Below, one piece after another: positions 32,241 through 42,903 of a DNA stretch of 64,000 nucleotides. The notes beneath the pieces were generated by a model, which was not told the DNA's origin, made no database searches, and saw only the letters and a program-made list of their open reading frames with translations. Location: contig PDIP01000089.1 of the NCBI GenBank assembly GCA_002811645.1, forward strand, positions 88,303-152,302, in the 5' to 3' direction. The stretch comes from Corallochytrium limacisporum Hawaii (lineage: Eukaryota; Protista; Pluriformea). How positions within the stretch are numbered: the first letter of the stretch is position 1; every line of letters begins with the position of its first letter. The position numbers were made by a program, and so were the translations under genes.

Positions 32241-34325
32241 TTAGTGTTCCATTCCGTTGCTCGTGTTCGGGGAAATGGCTTCGCACTCACGGGCCAGCCA
32301 CTGCAGAACCTTCTCCTTGCCCTGGGCCTCCAGCAAGGGCTTCAGGGTCTTATAGACCTCTGCGTTGTAGTCATTGAGCCACTGTAGTTCCTGCTGGGTG
32401 AGCAACGACGGCACAACCAGCTTGGTCTGGATTGGGGTCATGGTAATGGTCTCGAAACCGAGGAATCCCTTGTTGCCAAAGTTGTGTTCCCGCTCCACTG
32501 GTACGATAATGACAATGGTCTCGATGCGAATGCCAAATTCGCCATCCTCATAGTATCCCGGTTCGTTGCTACAGCACATGGTGGCTTGCAGGGGGACAAT
32601 CTGGTCGCGGTTAATGTTCGGGGTGATGCCTTGAGGTCCTTCGTGTACGTTCAGGAAGGCACCCACACCGTGACCGGTACCATGACGGTAGTCGAGACCG
32701 ACGTCCCACAGAGCCTTGCGCGCAAAGGCGTCGACGCAATGACCGTTGGTGTTGTTCGGGAAGGTCAGTGTGGCCAGACCGATGTGTCCCTTGAGCACGC
32801 GGGTAAAGCACTCGCGTTGGAATTGAGTGGGCTCTCCGAAATGGACAGTGCGAGTCACGTCTGTTGTACCGTCGATGTACTGCGCACCCGAATCGCACAG
32901 GTACATCTTGTCTGGTACAATCTGAGCACAGGACCCCTTCATGGGGCGATAGTGAATGATAGAACCGTTGCCGCCAACACTGGAGATGGTTGGGAAGGAC
33001 AGCGACACAAAACCTTCCTGCTCCTCACGGTAACGCTGGAGCTGGTCCGAGCCGTCCACTTCATCCAAGGTGGCACCGGAGGCGAGTTGCTCCTCCAGCC
33101 AGCAAAAGTACGCGCACAGGGCGACACCATCGCGGCGGTGGGCTGCGCGCATACCCTCGAGCTCGGTCTCGTTCTTGAGCGCTTTGGCCAGTGTGATCGG
33201 GTTCGGCTGCAGCACCCGCTTGTCCTTCGGAATCATGCTGACAATCGCCTCGCTGCTGCGGTTGCTGAGCAAAACGTGGGATGATTCCTCGATCATAGCC
33301 GGCAGGGCCCCAAAGAATTCGTCGTAGTCGTGCAGTTGGACCGAATCGCCGCTGAGGTGCTCCTTCACTTGCGTAGTCTGTGCAGCAGGTGCAACGAAGA
33401 GGTGGCACTGTTCCTGGGTCAGTACTACGTAGCTGAAGAAGACAGGGTTGAAGTCAATATCAGTGCCACGCAGGTTCAGCAGCCAGGCGATCTCGTCCAG
33501 GGCGGAGACGATGAGCATGTTGGCACCCTTCTCTGTCATGGCCTCCCGGGTCTCTGTAAACTTCTCGCCAACGCTCTTGCCGGTAGTGCCGATGGTCAGG
33601 CAGCGCAGAGCGTTGTCAGGCCTCGGCGGGCACCGAGCGGGCAAACCGGCATCGCCATTGGCAGCGGCGTCGCCGTTAGTGGTAGCATCGTGAATGTTGC
33701 CCAGCTCGTTCCAGGCCTGACGCACCAGGTTCTGGGGTGTCGTGGACACGAGCTCCAGGTTTGCAAGCTTAAGTTCTTTGCGCAGGGCCTTGCACTTGGA
33801 TTGGCTGACCGTGGTGGCATCGAAACCAACCCTCTGTCCCTTCTCAAGTACCTGGCAGAGCCACTTGCCGGCACTGGGCGTCTTCTCAACTCCCATCTTC
33901 ATGAGCATCCAGCCCTCATCAAGCTGCTGGGAGGCCTGCAAAAAGTACCTTCCGTCAGTCCACAGCGCAGCCTGTGTCTGAGTAACCACAGCCAGACCGG
34001 CGGAACCATCAAAGCCAGAGATGTAGGCACGGAGCTGGTCGCAGGGCGCCAGATACTCGCTCATGTGTGCGTCCTCGGAAGGAATGTAGTAGGCATCGAG
34101 GCCATGCTTCTTCATTTCTGCACGCAGCTGCGTGAGGCGGGCACTGGTGTCGACGACCATGATTCTGTCTTCTGGGGACTGTTGATTACTACTGGTGCAG
34201 TATTTAGCCCCTCGGTGGTGTGAAAAGTATAGCGGAACTAATGGAGTGCCCTTCGTGGCTCTCCTCAGTGTGTTTGCGAATAGTAGCTGACGATCGGACA
34301 CTACCAGCAGTCTCTTAAAGAGCAT
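32241..34325 (-). CDS. XPNPEP1: Xaa-Pro aminopeptidase 1 (M24B) with N-terminal presequence-like extension
   Basis: DAHMSEY, SGFDGSAG, WTDGRY, DSGAQYIDGTTDVTRT, HGTGHGVG, VHEGP and NEPGYYEDGEFGIRIE. Second in-frame ATG at 34160. Confidence 0.95.
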   Translation of the reverse strand: MLFKRLLVVSDRQLLFANTLRRATKGTPLVPLYFSHHRGAKYCTSSNQQSPEDRIMVVDTSARLTQLRAEMKKHGLDAYYIPSEDAHMSEYLAPCDQLRAYISGFDGSAGLAVVTQTQAALWTDGRYFLQASQQLDEGWMLMKMGVEKTPSAGKWLCQVLEKGQRVGFDATTVSQSKCKALRKELKLANLELVSTTPQNLVRQAWNELGNIHDATTNGDAAANGDAGLPARCPPRPDNALRCLTIGTTGKSVGEKFTETREAMTEKGANMLIVSALDEIAWLLNLRGTDIDFNPVFFSYVVLTQEQCHLFVAPAAQTTQVKEHLSGDSVQLHDYDEFFGALPAMIEESSHVLLSNRSSEAIVSMIPKDKRVLQPNPITLAKALKNETELEGMRAAHRRDGVALCAYFCWLEEQLASGATLDEVDGSDQLQRYREEQEGFVSLSFPTISSVGGNGSIIHYRPMKGSCAQIVPDKMYLCDSGAQYIDGTTDVTRTVHFGEPTQFQRECFTRVLKGHIGLATLTFPNNTNGHCVDAFARKALWDVGLDYRHGTGHGVGAFLNVHEGPQGITPNINRDQIVPLQATMCCSNEPGYYEDGEFGIRIETIVIIVPVEREHNFGNKGFLGFETITMTPIQTKLVVPSLLTQQELQWLNDYNAEVYKTLKPLLEAQGKEKVLQWLARECEAISPNTSNGMEH

Positions 34326-36008
34326 GCATCAAACTTGCAGACTAGTCTAGACCCCTCGATCACTGTCCTAGTGCTGCTGAGATCTTGACCCTTGTGGACT
34401 CTGTCTTCAGCTTCGGACTCGAACGCCTCAGACGTACCTGCAAGCCGTTGCAGATTCGGGTAACTCTATCCATTGCAACAAACAAGGTGTTCCATCAGCG
34501 TACACTCACCTGTGTTTATTCATCGAATTAGCCTATTTGTTTCTCTTCGTCATTCAACTCCTCTAATTGCGTGCGATAGTGCCTCTTGCGACACGATCAG
34601 CGGAGCAAGAGATCACAAGAGCCAGCCAAGGACCATATTCAACGGCTACCACGCGCAGGTGGGCAAACCAAAGCGCACATCGATCGAAAGCCCGCGTATT
34701 AAATTTCCAGAGGGCGCACATCCATACACCCGCACACATACACACTCCAGCCACACATTCATCGACACACACAGTCACACCCTTTCAGCAGGCGCCGATT
34801 GAAAAAAAAAAGGGGGACCCAGGAGCTCTGTGCCTTCTATGCGCCACCCGACATTCGGACTCTGAGAGGTGTTTCTTCGGGCCGTGTGCAATGGCGCCCC
34901 GTGGGACTTACTCCGCCCGAGTCCTTACGACCTCCGAGTGGGGTGTGTTGGCTAAGGGGAGGGGGGGCATCAGTTTTTTCCCCTTGCTTCCTGCCTTCCC
35001 TCTGGAAGGGGCCCCCCACCCCCCCCGGGGGACTCCTTCGCCGCTCATTTGCCTACTCTGCGGATTCCCTTGCCTCGCCGTTGTAATCATCAAAAGCAAT
35101 ACACCACACCGGGAAAACACTGCCAGAAGAAAGGGTGACCAAATCACTACTTCCCCACCCATTGTTGCTCCGTTTCGGTCTGCTGGCGTTGGGAGGGGGG
35201 GTTCTCTGGGTAGTCAATGTACGCGGAATATTCAGCCGGGCTTTGGGGGGGTAAGCTCGCCTCGTGTCTTTGTTCCGGTACCGAAAGGACAAAGTTGCTG
35301 CAGTGTGAGTGTGAGCCGATGCCAGGCCGGCCCCTTCCCCGGTTGTATTTGAGTGGCGGAGTGGGCCCCCCCCCCCCCCCCNNNNNNNNNNNNNNNNNNN
35401 NNNNNNNNNNNNNNNNNNNNNNNNNNNNNNNNNNNNNNNNNNNNCCCCCCGGGGAGGTAATGTTTTCTCTCCCGGGGAGCGCAGCGATTAGGGCTTAGAG
35501 TGAGGGAGGAGGAACAGAAGTTTGGGGGGGGGGGAAGGGAGGCGCAATTCCCTGCTTGCCCTGGTGGGCCCCGGTACTACGCAATGAAAATATATTCTTT
35601 TGAATCAGTAGAATACACTCCACCGCGGGGTTTCACTGACGGTGCGCGGTTCAAGGAATGGTGGTAGGCATCATGATGCCTTGCATCCTGTGTCGGTCGC
35701 CAGATTGAGTCCATCGTTGTAGGCACAAGCGTCTTGGTTTAAATGTTGAAGCAGATTACAATGGATAGATGTTCAGATTCCGTGACGTTTTGTAGAGAAA
35801 ACCATAGAAAGCAAAAAGGACTAGTGTTCTGTTGCTGGTTTGTGTGGAGGTATCTGGAGGCATTCAGGATGCTTCAGTATGTCCACGATTGTGTTAATAA
35901 GGTGTATTTTTAATTTTTGAACTGAAGAGTATGGGAGTATATCTTATGAGTACAAACAACGGCTGACGAGTTCGAAACCAAGATGTGACTCGTCGCAGAG
36001 TTCTTCAT

Positions 36009-36512
36009 TTACCTTTGTTCAATGGTAATCTTCTTGGTTTCCGGTTTCTCAGGTTCGGAAGTCCTGGGAATAGCCACGCGTAGGAGGCCATCGCCATAAG
36101 AGGCCTTGACCTGGTCCTCGGTTACACCAGCAGGCAGACCGAAACTGCGCTGGAAGCTGCCATGATAGCGAGAGTAGAAGGTAGATCCATCATCCATCTT
36201 CTTTTCCTGCTCTTCGCCGTACTTGCCACTCACCACCAAGTTGTTGTCATTGACCTCGATGGAGAGATCTTCAGGCTTAATACCAGGCATCTCACCTTCG
36301 ATCACCCACTGACCTTCGGTTTCCTGGACATGCCAATGCGGCTGTGCCTTCTTGTGGGCCTCAGTCACGGGCCAGCTTTGCTGGAACGGTCTCCAGACGG
36401 TGGGACTGAAGAACTCGTCATCAAAGAAGCTACGCATTGACGGAACAAGAGACATGGTGGATCTTGTGTTTGTCGGAGTAGTATGTACGTTTCTAAGGAA
36501 TGTTCTAAGCAT
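36009..36512 (-). CDS. Small heat-shock protein (HSP20/alpha-crystallin domain)
   Basis: EMPGIKPEDLSIEV, LVVSG, RYHGSFQRSFGLP, VKASYGDGLLRVAIP and C-terminal IxI (ITI). The main start may be the second ATG at 36455. Confidence 0.95.
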   Translation of the reverse strand: MLRTFLRNVHTTPTNTRSTMSLVPSMRSFFDDEFFSPTVWRPFQQSWPVTEAHKKAQPHWHVQETEGQWVIEGEMPGIKPEDLSIEVNDNNLVVSGKYGEEQEKKMDDGSTFYSRYHGSFQRSFGLPAGVTEDQVKASYGDGLLRVAIPRTSEPEKPETKKITIEQR

Positions 36513-37031
36513 CTCTTAGGTTACTCTTAGTAATCTAGTCTGGATCGGTGGGCACCGATACGCCAGTCCACAGCCCTTTAAGTACCCGTCGCTGCGCTCA
36601 GAGTTTCCCATCGGTGCCCGTTCCAGAACACTAACTTAAGAGGTGGGTTCCCAAACAGCACCAAAAAGTTGTCCGACACACCGGACGTTCGTGTGAGTCC
36701 CATTCATATGCGCAGTGGTCGCAGCCTGGCGCTCGTTCCAATCATCGCTTCGGTCGGTGGTCCGTCCGTACGTAGTGACCCCCGGGCTGCCCGTCACTTT
36801 GCGCAGTACTTTCCATACCGGAGCAAATCCCCCCCCCCCCTTTTCCCCCTTCCAAGTCTCCCCGAACAGGGGCAGCGGTGAAGCGAGGTTGTGCGCAGCG
36901 GGAAATTCCGCGCTCTGTTCGTCAGTTCCTGGAACAAAATATAATGAATGTATGGGAGTTTTGGAACAGGAAGTTGACAGGGAAAATTCCGACGGGGCGG
37001 AAAATTTCGTCGTTGCCGGCTGGCTGAAAAG

Positions 37032-37064
37032 GTCTCGAAAAGTCTCGAAAATTCCAGTACATTT
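37032..37064. promoter_or_regulatory. Heat-shock-element-like array between the divergent sHSP genes
   Basis: Triplets in 5-bp phase: GTC-GAA-GTC-GAA-TTC-GTA-TTT. Further HSE-like units at 36621-36628 (TTCcaGAA), 38083-38100 (GAT-TTC-GTA-TTC) and 38170-38179. Confidence 0.55.
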
Positions 37065-38600
37065 TCAGATATTGTGTATGTATTGTTAACCTCGTTGTGA
37101 TATGGAAACTGTGTATGAGTTCAGTATAGTTTATAGAAAGTTATAAAGAACATATATGAATATGACCTATAGTAGACGTGACGGGGACCAGGAAAACGGG
37201 GAACGTGAGGCCAGTCTGAGGTCCCCGGCCTTGTGGATTCTGGGGGATCGGCTTGGCACAAGATCACAAGAGGGGTCGATTGCGTTGATGACCCGATTTC
37301 AGAGTTCGGTACATGAGAGCATGAGCATGGTGGAATCAGGAATCTAGAACATAAAGAAGTGAGCGGGAGAGTGGGCAGGGGATGAGTACGGGACTATGTG
37401 AGATGAGCGTAAGCAATGTAGGCGGTGATATTGTGCGCAGGGCCACAGTATTCGGCTCCTGCACACACCCAAATCACTGCAACAAACTTCTGGTCCACCG
37501 TGACGACCGGTTTCATGGTTGGCTCATTTTGTTGACCACACACCGGTGCTTTTAAACAGTGGACGGTATCATTGTTTGCGTTAGAGATCCGGTGCCAGGT
37601 CTGCACAGTCAAGTGACCCGCCCTCCTTCAAATAGGCCTCCAACCTCTCCCCCTTCAACAGAGAGCGTACACGGTAGCGCCGTTCCCTGCCTACAAAAAA
37701 AAGATCAGCAGTTTCGATTGAAATTGATGGAAAATAGATTTGATTGCGAAGCCGTCACCCGCCCCAACTTACCCCCCCCGCGCGCCCTCTCTCCCGCTGG
37801 CTTTTCTCCACGCGGGGCTCTCGCCGCGAACTCTCGGACATCCCCCCTCCCCCCGCCCGGGGGGGGGGGGGGAGCCGAGAGCGGCCGGTGACACCAGGCA
37901 GGGAGTCTCTCGTCTGTTCACCACTTTAGTACGAATTTTAGTACATTGGATACGGACAAGAAAGTTCATTCCCAACAGAGGGAGACGTAGTGCTCAACAC
38001 TTTTGAGCAATATTTGGTACCTAATGTATTTCGAGAAATTTTCGTGTCCCGAAACTTTCATTGGTCTGGGTCGAATCCCCCAGATTGTTCCAGTACATTC
38101 ATTATCCAGATCACGAGGCAAAGGTGCATCCTGCTCCATACTTGCATGGTCTCATTTTGTTCGGGTCGATTCCAGAACTCTCAGTTTAACCCCACTTATT
38201 TACTATAGAGAGTAGTCCCTTCTGTCATTTCGGGAACAAAACACGAGCATTGGAAATGACCTGGAATGTCCGGGTCGATGAGCGGGTAGGGACCGAAGAA
38301 CAAGGGGAGGGGAAAGGCAAAACCCGCCCGGGAGCGAAGCCTGTTGCCAACCGGAGATAAGCCGCAGCATCGCCCATCTCTACACTCTGTTGGGCATCCG
38401 TCTCATGATTTTTCATGACTGTGATGTTCCAAAGAATTGCATGACCTTACAATGGTACCATTTTTTAATCACATAATCTCTGGAAGGTATTTATATCGCT
38501 GCTTTTTGACATTGCTAAATGCTCTCTGATTTAGATCATCAAGTCTTTACATCAAGTGGTGGCTGAACAATCATCGTATAGGTGTTATCGAGATTCTAAA

Positions 38601-39065
38601 ATGGCTCTGTTTCCTGTAATTAATACGGTTTTTGACCGTATCTTCGAGGAACCTGTGTACGTGGTACCTGATCGCCGTCGCGTGCCTACTGATGGTTGCT
38701 GTTCCTCAGCGCGCAGAGTCGCCCGCTGGCACATCTCCCACCCCGTGGAAAACGAGGCCGTGATCGAGGGCGAGCTGCCTGGTGTCCGTGCAGAAGATGT
38801 CAGCGTGGAGCTCAAGGAAGAAGGTCTAGTGATCAGTGGTCACTGGCCTGTGGAGGACGCCTCTGATCCCTCTGCCGCTGCTGCGGATCTAGAGGGAGAC
38901 AAGAAACCGACTCCAGCGAGCTTCAACAAGGTTTTCAACCTGGCCGATGGTGTCACGGAAAATCACATACACGCAAAGTATGTAGATGGCCTACTGCGCG
39001 TGACAGTGACCCGCCCAGAGCCGGTCCAGCAACCCCGTAAGCAGATTAACATTGCCCGTCTGTAA
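38601..39065 (+). CDS. Small heat-shock protein (HSP20), divergent paralog
   Basis: ELPGVRAEDVSVEL, LVISG, SFNKVFNL, IHAKYVDGLLRVTV and C-terminal INI. First ATG is 38601; the track start at 38556 is GTG. Confidence 0.92.
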   Translation: MALFPVINTVFDRIFEEPVYVVPDRRRVPTDGCCSSARRVARWHISHPVENEAVIEGELPGVRAEDVSVELKEEGLVISGHWPVEDASDPSAAAADLEGDKKPTPASFNKVFNLADGVTENHIHAKYVDGLLRVTVTRPEPVQQPRKQINIARL

Positions 39066-39377
39066 ATCCGGCGGAGCTTTATTTGCTCTTCGGCTGTAGC
39101 ACCAAGTTGAATAGATCTTGATAAAATTTTCAGCCAGATAAATATATGTATTGCTCCAGTATTATACTTATTTTAGTGTCGATCAGTCTGTACTTCTTTC
39201 CAGCTCTGACTTCTTCCGTGCTGGGTCTTTGAATCGGTCTTTCACTTCAGCATGATCTTCAACGATTCACTGCAGAACGGTATGAACCAATGACTTCAAA
39301 GTGGCGGACTCTTCACTGTTGAATGAGGCTATGCACAATTATTCAAGCTCTCATGCATGTGCGGGACAGTGGCTGAT

Positions 39378-39812
39378 TCATGGATTTGCGGAGGGGTCGT
39401 CCAGAGGCTGGTTGGGGTGTTGCATTTGCTTGAGAGAGTGGTAAACAAAGTATGTGTAGAGAACTATGAAAATGGAACCCAACAGGATACTTGAGAGGGC
39501 ACAAAGACGTGCTCTGCGGCTGTTAGAATGGGCAACGAGATATTCACCCTTGACCTGTGCCTTCTGGGATAGGTGGTTGTAGTACAGAGCAAGCGCACCG
39601 AAGGGCCAGCAACAGCAAATGGTACCAAACAGGCTCGTACAGAAATGATCGCCAACGTCCGTCTGGGAATCATCAATTCTCATGTCGCGAAACGTGTGCT
39701 TGGGTTCCTCATCAGTGATACAGTCTTCAAGATCTCGGACATAGACAGGAGGAGCACCACCGTTGCTCTCCCTATTCTTCTCGTCGAGGGGTACCTTTTC
39801 GTAATCAACCAT
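39378..39812 (-). CDS. CD225/dispanin (IFITM-like) protein 1, short form
   Basis: DHFCTSLFGTICCCWPFGALALYYNHLSQKAQVKGEYLVAHSNSRRARLCALSSILLG matches the CD225 pattern (D-H..S.F..CC..G..A..Y......GD...A...S..A......I..G) and is followed by a TM helix. Confidence 0.9.
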   Translation of the reverse strand: MVDYEKVPLDEKNRESNGGAPPVYVRDLEDCITDEEPKHTFRDMRIDDSQTDVGDHFCTSLFGTICCCWPFGALALYYNHLSQKAQVKGEYLVAHSNSRRARLCALSSILLGSIFIVLYTYFVYHSLKQMQHPNQPLDDPSANP

Positions 39813-41549
39813 TCTTGTTGTTTGAGACTCTCCGAAGACCAGTATTCTAATGTGGATTGTAAGTTGAACTCACCAAAGACATGCGAGTGTGTGGCTAGAA
39901 ATACCAAGTTACCACCCTGGTCCCTCACTCAGTACCAAATCCTTGCACTTCTCCTGACACGACTGCCACGATAGCGCGATCCCCTTCCCCCCCCCTCCCC
40001 GCGGCAATCACGAAAAGGCTTTCTGGATTTTTTCTGTGATGTATCTGTGATGTGTCCGTCACGCACTGGAGGCGTCTGCTGTGGTCCCCCTTCCTCCTTT
40101 CCTCCTCCCCCTCCTCCACCNNNNNNNNNNNNNNNNNNNNNNNNNNNNNNNNNNNNNNNNNNNNNNNNNNNNNNNNNNNNNNNNNNNNNNNNNNNNNNNN
40201 NNNNNNNNNNNNNNNNNNNNNNNNNNNNNNNNNNNNNNNNNNNNNNNNNNNNNNNNNNNNNNNNNNNNNNNNNNNNNNNNNNNNNNNNNNNNNNNNNNNN
40301 NNNNNNNNNNNNNNNNNNNNNNCCCCCCCCCCCCCCCCCGTTAAAACGTCCATACACCCAGAGATTTTTGTGCGCAGTCATCGGGTCGTCGAGAGCGGGG
40401 TTGGCGGATGGGTAAATTATCAGCGTACGCATACCTTTGCCTGGTGACCAGCGAAAGCTCCAACGATGGGCGCGCCGCCGGTAAGTCCGAATGAAAACAG
40501 CCAAGACATGTTAATTGGTAGTGAAACGATAGGAAAAGCAACAGGCGAAGACTCACAGAGTGAGCATGAGGTCGAGAACTTTGTTGGCCGGCAGTGACCT
40601 TAAGAATTCGGTGCCCCCCCCCCCCTTCCCCCTGCCCAGGGACCCAAAATACTACTAAACGAACCCCCTGCACACTACCAATACTCGCGTTCTCGTGTTA
40701 ATACGATAGTACTGAAGAAATTGGGCGTGCCAGGTGGGTTTACACCTGCCATTTTGTATTAAGAGGGAGCTATATTGGGTCAGTGCTTTGTCCGACCGCG
40801 AGGCAACCAACACGACGACCGCAAACTACTAGGAAAAAAGATCGAAAGTGACAAACGGGGAATTTTATGAATTGGCTTTGTGTGCATATATTACCGGTAC
40901 AGCGTGTATCAAACGGAGGGGGCAGGGTCGGAGAAGGGAACACCATCTTTTAAACAAAGAATTCTTTGGCACATGGGAAACCCGCCATGTGTGTGTGTGT
41001 GTAACCCGGAGGCCACCCGTAGGCCACAGGAAGTCACAAGGAACCAAACCAACACAAGTAGAAAGACTAAAACGAAAAAGATTGGCCAAACGATAAAGGA
41101 GAAAACCCTCAACCCCCCAAGAGCAGCTTGACATACAGAAGAATCGGGCGGAAAAGCTAGTCGCGAACCAACACACACGAAGAGAGGACGATGGATACAA
41201 AAAGGCCTGGTGCGCACACGAACAACGAACTCGCATAGGACAGACAGGCACCGGTTGGCGCACTCTGGACATCATTTGATCTCTCCTCCATCATGAGGTG
41301 CCCTCGCCCTCGCCACCAAGGTTGGGAGAGGTGGTAGCGTACGGTGGGTCCCTTCCGGGAAGCGCGCCTGACATTTAAAGTAGGTGTTCCCCTGCCCTCT
41401 CTTCCTCTATCGCCATATCTCCTTTCTCTCCGGTCTTTCTCAGGTAGGTCGTCGCGGGGAGAAGGGGAGAGGAAGTAAATGTGGGGAGATCTGAGATGTG
41501 GGTTGGGAAACACCTGGTCCTCTCAAGATCTACGCCGGTTCGTGTCTCG

Positions 41550-42347
41550 TCAATGAGCACCGGTTCGCTCTCGCGAACTTGAGTCGAGGGATCCCATTGC
41601 GGGCCCTTTAGTTGCCATATGCGCGGGTATGGCAGGCACGGCTGTCACCTCTGTCATCTGTGGGAGGCCCTTCAGAGGGATTTGCTCCTTTATGAAGGGT
41701 GGAGACATGTAAGGGTCATCTAGAGAGTGATGCCGAGGTAGCCCTTCTTGAGGAAAGACGGAATGAGTGGATTCGTGAGGGTTGTGGCGCCAGGGGTGGT
41801 GGTGGTGGGCAGTTTTCACATGCGTGCAGGTTTGATCATCATGCCCTTTGCAGTACTCCCTCACAACTTCTTGGCATTTATCACTGGCCGGAGACAGGCG
41901 GCAGTAGAGGTTGTTGCAAGGAGTGGCGGGATCCTCAACGGGCCAAGGGCAGGTGTTGTGAGGTGGAGGAACGTCGACAGCCATGAAAGTCATGTAGGCC
42001 ACCAGACCATTGAAACCGACCAGGATGCTCATGATGGCAAAAGCGCGCGCAACACGGCTGTAGGAGTGGGCCCGGTGGTAGTCACCCTTGAGCTGTGCAT
42101 TCTGAGAGCGGTGGTTGTAGTACAGACCCAGCAGACCGAAGGGCATGCAGCAGGCAATTGTAGCAAACAGGCTCTTAAAGAAGTGGTCCTCAACCTCGGG
42201 CTGGATCTCAACGGATTCAATCTCAATGTCGCGGAGCATGCTCTTCGTCTCCTCCGTGTGGGAGCTCTTTTCGACTTCCCCGTAGGTAGGAGGAGCCTCA
42301 AATTCTTCTGTGGGCTCCTCCGTGGGTACCTTTTCGTACTCAGTCAT
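41550..42347 (-). CDS. CD225/dispanin (IFITM-like) protein 2 with one 6-Cys C-terminal module
   Basis: DHFFKSLFATIACCMPFGLLGLYYNHRSQNAQLKGDYHRAHSYSRVARAFAIMSILVG; Cys module at 41826-41951; His-rich tail. Confidence 0.9.
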   Translation of the reverse strand: MTEYEKVPTEEPTEEFEAPPTYGEVEKSSHTEETKSMLRDIEIESVEIQPEVEDHFFKSLFATIACCMPFGLLGLYYNHRSQNAQLKGDYHRAHSYSRVARAFAIMSILVGFNGLVAYMTFMAVDVPPPHNTCPWPVEDPATPCNNLYCRLSPASDKCQEVVREYCKGHDDQTCTHVKTAHHHHPWRHNPHESTHSVFPQEGLPRHHSLDDPYMSPPFIKEQIPLKGLPQMTEVTAVPAIPAHMATKGPAMGSLDSSSRERTGAH

Positions 42348-42351
42348 GGTT
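42043..42351. repeat. 309-bp perfect direct repeat, copy 1 (copy 2 at 44003-44311)
   Basis: Base-for-base identical at an offset of 1960; covers the first ~101 codons of CD225 genes 2 and 3. Confidence 0.9.
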
Positions 42352-42903
42352 TAGTGTTATGAGCGCTTTCGTCTATTCTAGAAACTATAGTAGGCAATCC
42401 TGAACCGTCCCGAGATGGGGGGACTGATCCAACCGTATTGTCTTACTTACCAGAAACGATCATACCGAAAAGCGTGATGTTAGGCCGAATCAAGCCACAA
42501 ACGAAATAACTTTTTCAAAGTCTTTAAACGTCACTATTTAGCCACGTCAAAAGTGCGCCAAAGTACGGACTTCCGGATCTAAAGACACGCGACCAAAATT
42601 GATTTCGTCGGAGATATCCCATAAAGTATTCCATAGGCATTCCGTTCGGAGTGGTCGTTTTTTGCACAGTATCGTATGTACGAAACCGACGTCCACTAGC
42701 TAACTCTCAACACAGGTCAAGTATTCCTAAAACATCATTAATACTAAAAAACGCCTTTATAAACTGAGAGCGCGCAATAACCGAGTCCGTCTGCCATGAA
42801 ATACGTTTTACTAAAAATCAATCTTCATGGAAACTGTGCATGACTGTACAGCGGAACGGGGTGCGCCAAATGATCGACGGATGTTACGGAATATACCACT
42901 CAC

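Noticed and set aside
38068-38080. GGGTCGAATCCC T-loop-like sequence (also GGTTCGAAC at 56971)
   Set aside because: No cloverleaf or acceptor stem could be built, so no tRNA called.
41353-41361. Perfect STAT/GAS-type site TTCCGGGAA within the CD225 array (also TTCCTGGAA at 36926-36934)
   Set aside because: Tempting given interferon control of IFITMs, but about one TTCCNGGAA is expected by chance in 64 kb, and it is not positioned consistently upstream of the paralogs.
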